Assembly (NCBI GenBank): GCA_964600365.1
Contig: CAZRJG010000004.1
Span: 7,487-71,486, forward strand
Direction of reading: 5' to 3'
From: an uncultured Acidimicrobiia bacterium
GTDB lineage: Bacteria; Actinomycetota; Acidimicrobiia; Spongiisociales; JAENVV01
DNA: 64,000 bases
Made by a program: the position numbers and the translations under genes. Shown piece after piece: positions 38,281-47,014 of the stretch. Positions within the stretch are counted from its first letter, which is position 1, and each line of letters begins with the position of its first letter. The notes beneath the pieces are model-generated. The model had not been told where the DNA came from. It searched no databases and was given only the letters and a program-made list of their open reading frames with translations.

Positions 38281-39609
38281 ATGAAGATCGTCATCGTCGG
38301 GGCGGGCGCCGTCGGCTCATACCTCGCGCAACGGTTCTCGCTCGAAGGCCAAGACGTGGTGGTCATCGAGTCGGATCCCGTTCGTGCCGCCCAGGTGCAG
38401 TCCTCACTCGACGCACTCGTCATCACCGGAAACGGCGCCTCTGCCGCCACGCTCGAGCAGGCGGGCCTCAGTGAGGCGGACCTCCTCGTTGCGGTGAGCT
38501 CGTCCGACGCCGTGAACGTCCTCGCATGCACCGCGGCGGCCAAGCTCGGCATCCCCCGCAGGGTCGCGCGGGTCGAGGATCCAGAACTCAAGGCTGAGGT
38601 GGAGGCGCTCGGAGTCGACCTCGTGATCGACCCGGGCGAGGCGGCCGCCCGTGACCTGCTCGTGCTCGCGAACACTGGCCACGTCGCCGAGATGGTTGAG
38701 TTCGCCGACGGCGGGCTCGTTCTCGTCGGCGCCTACCTCGGGAACGACTCTCCTGCTGCAGGGGCGTCGCTCGCCGACCTCCGCACCCAGATGGAGGGAT
38801 GGCACTGGCTCATCGCCGCTGTGGTGCGCAGGGGCGACACCCTCATTGGACGCGGGGCGACCACCCTGGAGGCGGGCGACCACGTCCTGCTCCTCGCCGA
38901 GTCCGACAAGGTGAAGGCCCCCTTCGAACTCCTCGGCCTCACGGAGCAGCCGGCCGACCAGGTCTTCGTACTCGGAGGGACGAGGCTTGCGGGTATGACG
39001 GCTGAGATGCTCAGCGAACGCGGGGTCCACACCACCCTCATCGACGCCGATCCGGCGAGATGCCGTCGATTCGCCGAGGACCTGCCCAATGTGGTCGTCG
39101 TCTGCGGCGATCCGACCGATCCCGGCGTGCTCCGGGAGTCCGGGGTCACCGAGGGCGATGCCGTGTTGGCCCTCACGGGGTGGGACGGCGAGAACCTGCT
39201 GGCCTGCCTGGTGGCGAAGGCGCTCGGTGCCGGAGAGGTCATCTGCCGATTCAACGACACTGACCTCGTCGGCTTGTTGGGCGGATCAGGCATCGACGCC
39301 ACGGTGAGTTCACGCCTCTCGGCCGCAAACGAGATCCTCCGCTTCATCCGCCGGGGCGTCATCCACTCGGCGATCACGATCCCGGGTTCCGACGCAGAGG
39401 CGATCGAGCTCGAGGTCGGCCCCGACAGCCCTGCGGTGGGGAAATGCCTGTCGGAGTTGGGGCTGCCGAAGTCGGTCATCATTGGCGGGGTCCAGCGCGA
39501 CGGGTTGGCGTTCGTGCCCCGAGGGAACACGATGATCGAGCAGGGTGATCACCTCATCGTCATTTCCCTGCCCGAGGGGATCGCCGCCGCCGAGGCGCTC
39601 TCGGGCTGA
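38281..39609 (+). CDS. trkA: Trk potassium uptake regulatory protein TrkA (tandem RCK)
   Basis: MKIVIVGAGAVGSYLA start and a second NVVVVCGDP repeat. Confidence 0.9.
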   Translation: MKIVIVGAGAVGSYLAQRFSLEGQDVVVIESDPVRAAQVQSSLDALVITGNGASAATLEQAGLSEADLLVAVSSSDAVNVLACTAAAKLGIPRRVARVEDPELKAEVEALGVDLVIDPGEAAARDLLVLANTGHVAEMVEFADGGLVLVGAYLGNDSPAAGASLADLRTQMEGWHWLIAAVVRRGDTLIGRGATTLEAGDHVLLLAESDKVKAPFELLGLTEQPADQVFVLGGTRLAGMTAEMLSERGVHTTLIDADPARCRRFAEDLPNVVVVCGDPTDPGVLRESGVTEGDAVLALTGWDGENLLACLVAKALGAGEVICRFNDTDLVGLLGGSGIDATVSSRLSAANEILRFIRRGVIHSAITIPGSDAEAIELEVGPDSPAVGKCLSELGLPKSVIIGGVQRDGLAFVPRGNTMIEQGDHLIVISLPEGIAAAEALSG

Positions 39610-39612
39610 CCG

Positions 39613-41067
39613 GTGCGCTTCCGCCACCTCCTCCACGTCGTCGGCGCTGTGGTCGCCGCCTCCGGCGCAGCCATGTTCTCCGCCGTGGTGGTCGGGGCCT
39701 TCTACCAGGAGTGGTCCGACGCGGTCGGCATCGCGTTCGCCGGGACCATCACGGTCGCGTTCGGAGTGACCCTGTGGCGGGCCTTCCCCCGGCCCGGGGA
39801 GCTCACCACCCGGGAAGGGTTCGCCGCCGTGGGGCTCTCGTGGATCCTCATGGTCCTGTTCGGGGCGTTGCCGTACGTACTCACGCGGTCCATCACCAGT
39901 GTGAGCGATGCCGTGTTCGAAGCGGCCGCGGGATTCACCACCACCGGCGCCTCGATCATGGGTGGAGTCGAATTCGCGACGTTCTCCCATGCGATGTTCT
40001 TCTGGCGGTCGCTCACCCAGTGGATGGGCGGTATGGGGATCATCGTGCTCTCCGTCGCAATCCTCCCCCTCCTCGGCATGGGCGCTGTCCAGCTCGCCAG
40101 GGCAGAGAGCCCCGGGCCGACACCTGACCGCCTCACCCCTCGGTTCCGCGAGACGGCGAAGCGGCTCTGGTTGGTCTACCTCGTGCTCACCCTCGCCGAG
40201 CTGGTGCTCCTGTGGGCGGGGGACATGACGTTCTTCGAGGCGCTCAACCACTCGTTCACCACGATGTCCACCGGCGGGTTCAGTACCAATCCCGGCTCCC
40301 TGGGCGCCTACTCGGCCTATGCCCAATGGGTGGTGATCGTCTTCATGGTCCTTGCCGGTGCCTCCTTCTCCCTCCACTTCAAGTGGCTCAAGGAGCCACT
40401 CGTCCACTTCCGCAGCGCCGAGTTCCGGCTCTACTTCGGGATCACGGTCATCGCTGCGCTCGCCATCACCGTTGCCCAGTGGAACGGTGAGATCGAGGAG
40501 ACGATCCGAACCGGTTTGTTCACCGCGGCGACGATCATCACGACCACCGGCTATGGCACCGCGGACTTCGCCCTCTGGGAGCCGGCGCTCCAGGTGGGCA
40601 TCGTTGGGATGATGTTCATCGGCGGCATGGCGGGATCGACGTCGGGTTCGGTGAAGGTGTACCGGCTCGAGGTGCTCTCCATCGCCTCTCGGATGGACGT
40701 GCGGCGACTCATCTACCCGCGTGGTGTGTTCGTGACCCGCGTCGACAAGAAGGCCGTGCCCGATGCCATCGTCGAGGCGATCCAGACCTTCTTCCTCCTC
40801 TACATGTTCGCCTTCATGACCGGGACGTTGCTGCTCTCGGTGGTGGAGTGGATCACCGGCGGGCACCTTGCCCTCGTCGACACGGTCTCGGCGGTGGCGT
40901 CGTCGCTCGGCAACGTCGGCCCGGGCCTGGGAGAGGTGGGGCCCGCAGGCAACTACGCAGGCGTGTCGGACCTCGGCAAGTGGATCCTCAGCGCCCTCAT
41001 GGTGGTGGGCCGGCTCGAGATCCTCCCGATCCTCATCCTCTTCAACCGCGATCTCTGGCGTCGTTGA
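39613..41067 (+). CDS. trkH: TrkH/KtrB-family potassium transporter
   Basis: GTG start 3 nt after the trkA stop; 484 aa; repeated TTGxS/GFSTN selectivity-filter-like motifs. Confidence 0.85.
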   Translation: MRFRHLLHVVGAVVAASGAAMFSAVVVGAFYQEWSDAVGIAFAGTITVAFGVTLWRAFPRPGELTTREGFAAVGLSWILMVLFGALPYVLTRSITSVSDAVFEAAAGFTTTGASIMGGVEFATFSHAMFFWRSLTQWMGGMGIIVLSVAILPLLGMGAVQLARAESPGPTPDRLTPRFRETAKRLWLVYLVLTLAELVLLWAGDMTFFEALNHSFTTMSTGGFSTNPGSLGAYSAYAQWVVIVFMVLAGASFSLHFKWLKEPLVHFRSAEFRLYFGITVIAALAITVAQWNGEIEETIRTGLFTAATIITTTGYGTADFALWEPALQVGIVGMMFIGGMAGSTSGSVKVYRLEVLSIASRMDVRRLIYPRGVFVTRVDKKAVPDAIVEAIQTFFLLYMFAFMTGTLLLSVVEWITGGHLALVDTVSAVASSLGNVGPGLGEVGPAGNYAGVSDLGKWILSALMVVGRLEILPILILFNRDLWRR

Positions 41068-41183
41068 CCCGCCCTGCGCTGGGCGGGAAGGTCTGCGTAG
41101 GATGAACTCACCGCGGCCCACGTCCCGTGTGGTGCGGTGTTCTGAGGAGGGAGTTTCTCCTTCCCCAAACGACAGGAGGAAAC

Positions 41184-42611
41184 ATGACCAAACGATGGTG
41201 GAAGCTGCTTGCAGTGCTCACCGTCTTTGCGCTCGTCGCAGCCGCGTGCTCCGGCGACAGCGCAGACGACACCGAGGCCCCGGCGGACACCGGGGCCCCG
41301 GCAGCGACCGAGGCCCCGAATGACACCGATGCCCCGGACGACACCGAAGCTCCGATGGACACGGAGGCTCCGATGGACACCGAGGCTCCGATGGACCTCG
41401 CCGGTACGTCCGTATCGGTAGCGGGCCCTGAGTCCACCGATGCGGAAGCCGGCGGCTTCATCGCAGCGATGGATGCCTTCTCGGCGGAGACCGGGATCGA
41501 GATCACCTATGCGGGGTCTCGTGACTTCTCGGACAACATCAATGCCCAGGTGCAGGGTGGCAATGCCCCCGACATCGGCATCGTCCCGCAGCCGGGCAAG
41601 GTTGCAGACTTCGCCCGCGAGGGGTACATCTACCCGCTTCCGGATTCCGTTGCCGCCACGGTGAGCGAGTACTGGGGTGCCTTCACGTCCTTCGCGACGG
41701 TGGACGGTGCTCTGGTGGGCGTCCCGAACAAGGCTGACCTGAAGTCGCTGGTGTGGTATCAGCCGGCGCAGTTCGAGGCCAACGGCTATGACATCCCGCA
41801 GACGTGGGACGAGCTCAAGGCACTCACGAACCAGATGATCGCCGACGGCAACACCCCGTGGTGCGTCGGCATCGAGTCCGGCGGCGCCACCGGGTGGGCT
41901 TTCACCGACTGGGTCGAGGACCTCACGCTTCGCTTCGAGGGCCCGGAGTACTACGACTCCTGGGTCGCGGGCGAGACGCCGTTCTCCGATCCTGCGATGC
42001 AGGCCATCTGGTCCGAGATCCTCGACCTGTGGAACACCCCGGGTGCGGTCTTCGCAGCCGGTGGCACGATCGCCGCTACGGCGTTCGGTGCCAATGGTGA
42101 CCCCCTCGTCGCCGGCGACTGCCTCATGCACCGTCAGGCCTCGTTCTTCTCGGCGTTCTTCCCAGAGGGCACTCCGGTGGCCGACGGGTCCGAGGGCGCG
42201 GTGGACGTGTTCTACTTCCCGGCCGTCGGTGATGTGAAGCCGGTGCTCGGCGCCGGTACCCAGGCCGTCGCGTTCCGCGATGCCCCTGAGGTGTGGGCCG
42301 TGATGGAGTACATGGCGACGCCCGAGTTCGCGAACCTTCGCCAGGCCGCACAGGCCGAGATCCTCGGCGGTGGCGGAGTGAACTCCGGCTTCCTGAGTGC
42401 TGCTCAGGGTGTGGACCTCAGCCTGTGGAACCCGTTCGAGCAGAACCTCATCTCGATCCTGCTCAACGCTGACGTGTTCCGCTTCGACGGCTCGGACCTC
42501 ATGCCCGCAGCCGTGGGCGCCGGTTCGTTCTGGTCCGAGGGCACCTCGGCCGTGAACGGAGACAAGTCCGTGGAGGACGCGACGGCGGCGATCGACGCCA
42601 CCTGGCCGTAG
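41184..42611 (+). CDS. ABC transporter substrate-binding lipoprotein (carbohydrate, MalE-like)
   Basis: AGGAGGA RBS; signal peptide with LVAAAC lipobox; DTEAPM repeat linker; SBP core. Confidence 0.85.
   Translation: MTKRWWKLLAVLTVFALVAAACSGDSADDTEAPADTGAPAATEAPNDTDAPDDTEAPMDTEAPMDTEAPMDLAGTSVSVAGPESTDAEAGGFIAAMDAFSAETGIEITYAGSRDFSDNINAQVQGGNAPDIGIVPQPGKVADFAREGYIYPLPDSVAATVSEYWGAFTSFATVDGALVGVPNKADLKSLVWYQPAQFEANGYDIPQTWDELKALTNQMIADGNTPWCVGIESGGATGWAFTDWVEDLTLRFEGPEYYDSWVAGETPFSDPAMQAIWSEILDLWNTPGAVFAAGGTIAATAFGANGDPLVAGDCLMHRQASFFSAFFPEGTPVADGSEGAVDVFYFPAVGDVKPVLGAGTQAVAFRDAPEVWAVMEYMATPEFANLRQAAQAEILGGGGVNSGFLSAAQGVDLSLWNPFEQNLISILLNADVFRFDGSDLMPAAVGAGSFWSEGTSAVNGDKSVEDATAAIDATWP
41320..41395 (+). 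repeat. In-frame 15/18-bp tandem repeats encoding (DT[DE]APM) units in the SBP linker
   Basis: gacaccgaagctccgatg / gacacggaggctccgatg / gacaccgaggctccgatg. Confidence 0.7.
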
Positions 42612-42619
42612 TCCGACAC

Positions 42620-42671
42620 GAACCGTTTCGGTTCCCTAGTGTGGAGGGGGGGATGCTCCGGCATCCCCCCC
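42620..42671 (+). terminator. Two consecutive perfect hairpins just after the SBP stop codon, likely an intra-operon attenuator/terminator
   Basis: GAACCG-TTT-CGGTTC (42620..42634) and GGGGGGGATGC-TCCG-GCATCCCCCCC (42646..42671). Confidence 0.55.
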
Positions 42672-42686
42672 TCTGCTGTCTAGGGA

Positions 42687-44819
42687 TTGGAGGAGTCCTT
42701 GGAGAAGGTGCTCAGCACGCTGTGGGGAGTGGTCATCGCCATCGTGGCGTCCGGTGTGCTCTTCATCGGTGCCAACAAGTGGTTCGACCTCGCCCGACGC
42801 AACTGGTCCTGGTTCTCAATGGTGACCGGTGGCCTCATCAGCGGTTTGACCGCCGGTCTTCTGGCCGGGAACCGCGTCTCGATCTGGCAGTTCTCCTACC
42901 CCGAAGGCGAGTCCGGGGTGAGCGCGTGGCTCTACGTGCTCGTTGCGATCGTCGCAGGAGCAGCCGTGGCCGGGCTGCTCTCGGGGACCGAGGGCATGCC
43001 GAAGCGCTTGCTCGTCGGCGGAGGCGGAGGCCTCCTCGTGGGCGCCATGCACGGCGTCTTCCTCGCAGAGGCGGCGTACCCGGCCCTGCGCATCATCCCG
43101 CTGCTCGTTTGGCCGATCGGCGGCGCCGTGGTCGGATACGGGCTGGGCCTCATCGGGAGCGGGAGTGCGCTCCGCAGAGCCATCGACCTTGCGACCATTG
43201 GCTGGCTGGTCGGCGCATGGCTGGTGCCGACGATCGGCGGCGGCACCGCGGTCGAGGCCATCGCCGCCATGGGCTTGCTCGGACTGGGTCTCGGTACCCG
43301 TGTGGCGATCACCGGGGCAGCCGGGTACGTCAGGCGTGAGGAGATCGCGGTCAACTCTCGGGCGACCATCTTCCTCTTCCCAGCGATCCTCTTCATCTCC
43401 GTCTCGCTGATCATCCCGACGATCAGGACGATCTGGCTCTCCCTCCTCAACGCCCGAAGCGTCGAGTTCGTGGGCTACCAGAACTTCGTCACGATCTTCA
43501 CCGATCCGGGCATCTTCAAGATCGAGGACTGGGCGTACATGTTCACCCAGAACCTCTTCATCGTCGGCGCCTTCCTCGGCGCAGTCGGCTTGGTCCTCTC
43601 GTGGTTCGCCGCTCGCAAGCGGGGGAACCCGCCGAGCATGGTCTCGGTGGGACTGGGCGGGAGCGCTGCGCTCCTGCTCGCCGTCGGGTTCGTGCTCAAC
43701 TACCTATCCGAGCCCGCCGAGGACGCAGGAGCGTTCGAGATCGCAGCGACGTGGCCGGTGCTCATCGGCTTCCTCTTGTTGGCTGCTGCGCTCATCTTCG
43801 CCGCTGTCTCGGCCCGTACGGGTGGCCATGCGGTGGACTGGACACCATCGACGATGGGTTCGGTCGGTGTCGGGGTCTTCCTGTTGTTCTTCGGTGCCTT
43901 CGCGACACTCCGAGGGACGATCTTCAACAACCTGTGGTGGGTGGTCGGCGTGGTCGGCCTCGCGACCTCGCTGGGTCTGATGATCGCCGTGCTCGCGGAC
44001 CGATCGAAGAGCGAGACCATCGCCAAGTCGTTGATCTTCATGCCCATGGCGATCTCCTTCGTGGGTGCCGGCATCATCTGGCGATTCATGTACATCGCCC
44101 GCCCGATCCAGAAGGATCAGACCGGCATCCTCAACACGCCCTGGGTGTGGCTGGGGAAGATCAGCACCGAGGGCGGCACGGGGCGCATGGTGCTCACCGT
44201 GATCCTCGTGGCCTTTGCCGCTGCCCTTGCGTACCTTGCCTACCGGGGCCTCGCCGCTCGTGAGAACGGGCTTGCCGCCGGTAGCTTCCTCGCCACCCTG
44301 CCGCCGGTGTGGTTGGCGTGGCGGCTCTGGGAGGGTTCGGGGATTGGTGGTGTGGTCCAGACGGAGAACGGATTCTTCCCCGAGCCGATCTTCTTCCTCC
44401 AGACCTCACCCTTCAACAACTTCTGGTTGATGGTGGTGTTGATCTGGATCCAGACCGGGTTCGCAATGGTCATCATGTCTGCCTCGATCAAGGCGGTCCC
44501 CGCCGAGCTCATCGAAGCCTCCAAGGTGGATGGTGCCACCGAGGGCCAGACGTTCTGGAGTGTCACGATCCCGCAGATCGCCTCGACGATCGGCGTGGTG
44601 GTCACGACACTCATCGTCCTCGTCATGAAGGTGTTCGACATCGTGAAGGTGATGACGAATGGCAACTTCGACACGCAGGTCCTCGCCAATGAGATGTGGC
44701 AGAAGGCGTTCACCGAGTCCAACTTCGGAGTCGGGTCTGCGGTCGCCGTGGTCCTGTTCGTCTCGGTGTTGCCCGTGATGTACATCAACATCCGCCGGAT
44801 GCAGGAGGGGGGGGCCTGA
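42687..44819 (+). CDS. ABC transporter permease (MalF-like) with a ~330-aa N-terminal multi-TM extension
   Basis: TTG start; C-terminal half has the permease EAS/EAA loop region (ASKVDGATEGQTFWSVTIPQI); the N-terminal region is very hydrophobic with no recognisable domain. Confidence 0.8.
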   Translation: MEESLEKVLSTLWGVVIAIVASGVLFIGANKWFDLARRNWSWFSMVTGGLISGLTAGLLAGNRVSIWQFSYPEGESGVSAWLYVLVAIVAGAAVAGLLSGTEGMPKRLLVGGGGGLLVGAMHGVFLAEAAYPALRIIPLLVWPIGGAVVGYGLGLIGSGSALRRAIDLATIGWLVGAWLVPTIGGGTAVEAIAAMGLLGLGLGTRVAITGAAGYVRREEIAVNSRATIFLFPAILFISVSLIIPTIRTIWLSLLNARSVEFVGYQNFVTIFTDPGIFKIEDWAYMFTQNLFIVGAFLGAVGLVLSWFAARKRGNPPSMVSVGLGGSAALLLAVGFVLNYLSEPAEDAGAFEIAATWPVLIGFLLLAAALIFAAVSARTGGHAVDWTPSTMGSVGVGVFLLFFGAFATLRGTIFNNLWWVVGVVGLATSLGLMIAVLADRSKSETIAKSLIFMPMAISFVGAGIIWRFMYIARPIQKDQTGILNTPWVWLGKISTEGGTGRMVLTVILVAFAAALAYLAYRGLAARENGLAAGSFLATLPPVWLAWRLWEGSGIGGVVQTENGFFPEPIFFLQTSPFNNFWLMVVLIWIQTGFAMVIMSASIKAVPAELIEASKVDGATEGQTFWSVTIPQIASTIGVVVTTLIVLVMKVFDIVKVMTNGNFDTQVLANEMWQKAFTESNFGVGSAVAVVLFVSVLPVMYINIRRMQEGGA

Positions 44820-45754
44820 TGGCACTCGTGACAGAAAACGAGAGCGGCCTCGGTCCCCGCATCCACCGGGTGCTCGGATCGCTTCCGACGTGGATCCTCT
44901 GGATCATCGTGGTGTTGTGGAGCCTCCCGACCTTCTCCCTGTTCGTGAACTCGTTCAGGGACCAGGAGGCCCAGCGGACCACCGGCTTCTGGCAGACCCA
45001 GATCGACGAGCTCACCATCGCGAACTACCGCGAGGTGCTCGAGCCGACGATTGCTGGTGGTCTGTGGGATGCGATCCTGAACTCGTTCGCAATCGCGATT
45101 CCCGCAACGATCATCCCGATCGCCATTGCGGCCTTCGCGGCGTACGCGTTCGCATGGATCGACTTCAAGGGCCGGCATTGGCTGTTCATCGGCACGGTGT
45201 CGCTCATGGCGATCCCGTTGCAGACGGCGCTCATTCCGCTCCTCCAGATGTATTCCGGGGGTGCCCATTGGACGATCCCGTTCTTCGACAAGACGATCAC
45301 GCTGTTTCCCGACCTCGACCTGGCCGGGACGGTGACGGCGGTGTGGCTCACCCACTCCGGGTTCGGCTTGCCGTTCGCGATCTTCCTGCTCCACAACTAC
45401 ATCAGTGGGCTTCCGAAGGACGTGTTCGAGTCGGCGTTCATCGATGGCGCAGACCATTTCACATCGTTCTGGCGACTCGTGGTCCCGCTCTCCGTCCCGG
45501 TGCTGGCGGCATTCGCCATCTTCCAGTTCCTCTGGACCTGGAACGACTACCTCATCGCGATCACAATGATCGGGGCGAATCCCGATGCGCTTCCCGCGAC
45601 CATCAAGATCGCTGCGTTGGCGGGTGAGTTCGGCATCCGTGAGCACCTGCTGGCTGCTGGCGCGTTCGTCCAGGCGTTCGTGCCGATCGTGGTGTTCTTC
45701 GCCCTCCAGCGATTCTTCGTCCGAGGGATCCTGGCGGGGTCAGTCAAGGGTTGA
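44819..45754 (+). CDS. ABC transporter permease (MalG-like)
   Basis: ATGA overlap with the previous gene; FIDGADHFTSFWRLVVPL EAA motif. Confidence 0.85.
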   Translation: MALVTENESGLGPRIHRVLGSLPTWILWIIVVLWSLPTFSLFVNSFRDQEAQRTTGFWQTQIDELTIANYREVLEPTIAGGLWDAILNSFAIAIPATIIPIAIAAFAAYAFAWIDFKGRHWLFIGTVSLMAIPLQTALIPLLQMYSGGAHWTIPFFDKTITLFPDLDLAGTVTAVWLTHSGFGLPFAIFLLHNYISGLPKDVFESAFIDGADHFTSFWRLVVPLSVPVLAAFAIFQFLWTWNDYLIAITMIGANPDALPATIKIAALAGEFGIREHLLAAGAFVQAFVPIVVFFALQRFFVRGILAGSVKG

Positions 45755-45756
45755 GA

Positions 45757-45795
45757 CAGTCATCAGTCATCAGTTGTCAGTTGTCAGTTGTCAGG
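45757..45795. repeat. Heptamer tandem repeat (CAGTCAT)x2 (CAGTTGT)x3 starting 3 nt after the permease stop
   Basis: cagtcatcagtcatcagttgtcagttgtcagttgtcagg. Confidence 0.8.
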
Positions 45796-45806
45796 ATGAA
45801 CTGAAG

Positions 45807-45833
45807 AAGGGCCCCCGCAGTGTGGGGGCCCTT
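45807..45833. terminator. Bidirectional terminator hairpin between convergent genes
   Basis: AAGGGCCCCC-GCAGTGT-GGGGGCCCTT. Confidence 0.6.
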
Positions 45834-45868
45834 CGCTGATGGCTGGCGACTGAAGGCTGATCGCTGGC

Positions 45869-46942
45869 TCAGCCAAGCACCTCGTCCATCGCGACCCAAC
45901 GCCTCTCGTCGATGCTCTTGTGGGCGGCGACGCCTATGGCAACCGACAGGAGGCCGTCCTCGATCGAGACCTTCGGGCCGTCGTCGAGCTCGCCCCGGCA
46001 GAGGGCGATGAAGTCCATGTGCTCGAGTTGGCTCGAGCCGTGGTGGTGGCCCATGTAGGTGATCCGATCGTCGTGGACCTCGTGGGCCTCGACGTCGCCG
46101 ATGAAGTGTGTGCCGCGTGTGCCGATGCGGACGATGTCCTCGGGGATGAGTGCCTCGACCTTCCCCTTGTCGCCCACGGCGACGATCTCCTCCTGGTTAT
46201 GGGTTGCCTCGGCGAACATGCAGAGGTCGAGCATGGCTCGCTCGCCGCCTGCGTACTCCACGACCACGTACGCGTTGTCGAGGATGTCGGGGATGCGTCC
46301 GTCGTACTCCTCGTCGAGGTGGTTCACGTCCTGGGCACCCGACGCCATGACCCGCACCGGGTCCTCCCCGATGATGTGGTTCATGAGGTCGAAGAAGTGG
46401 CAGCACTTCTCGACGAGCGTCCCGCCCGTGTTCTCGCTGAAGCGGTTCCAGTCGTGCACCTTGGGGAGGAACGGGAAGCGATGCTCGCGGATGGCGAGCA
46501 TTCTCAGGTTGCCCACTGCGCCCCCGTGGACCTCGTCGATCAACCGGGCGACCGGAGGCATGTACCGGTACTCGAGACCGACCCAGGTGACCGCGTCGCG
46601 ACCCTTTGCTGCCTCGACCACGGTTCGGCAGTCTTCGACCGTGGTGCACAGGGGCTTCTCCACGAGGATGTTGAGGTCGGTCCGCAGCGCGTCCCCGAGC
46701 ACGTCGACGTGCGTGAAGTTGGGAGTGGCGATGACCACCCCATCGCAGAGGCCGGAGTCGAGGAGGTCGCGGTGGTCCTCGAATCCCTGCGCCTCCGGCG
46801 CGATCGTGTGCGCCTGGACGCGTGATCGCTCGTGGGGGTCGGCATACGCCGTGACCTCGGCTCCCTCGATGTGGTGGACGTTCATCATGTGTTCGATACC
46901 CATCATTCCGGTACCGATCACGCCGTAGCGGAAGGGCTGCAT
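45869..46942 (-). CDS. Gfo/Idh/MocA family NAD(P)-dependent oxidoreductase
   Basis: MQPFRYGVIGTGMMG Rossmann N-terminus, EKP motif. Confidence 0.85.
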   Translation of the reverse strand: MQPFRYGVIGTGMMGIEHMMNVHHIEGAEVTAYADPHERSRVQAHTIAPEAQGFEDHRDLLDSGLCDGVVIATPNFTHVDVLGDALRTDLNILVEKPLCTTVEDCRTVVEAAKGRDAVTWVGLEYRYMPPVARLIDEVHGGAVGNLRMLAIREHRFPFLPKVHDWNRFSENTGGTLVEKCCHFFDLMNHIIGEDPVRVMASGAQDVNHLDEEYDGRIPDILDNAYVVVEYAGGERAMLDLCMFAEATHNQEEIVAVGDKGKVEALIPEDIVRIGTRGTHFIGDVEAHEVHDDRITYMGHHHGSSQLEHMDFIALCRGELDDGPKVSIEDGLLSVAIGVAAHKSIDERRWVAMDEVLG

Positions 46943-47014
46943 GGGCAGAGACTACGGGCTGGATGGGCTCCGTGCGCCCCTCGACCGGGCCGCCGAAACG
47001 GATAGCCTGCGGGC

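Noticed and set aside
45757-45795. Tandem repeats considered as a CRISPR array
   Set aside because: Units are 7 bp with no spacers, not 25-40 bp repeats separated by unique spacers; no cas genes are nearby
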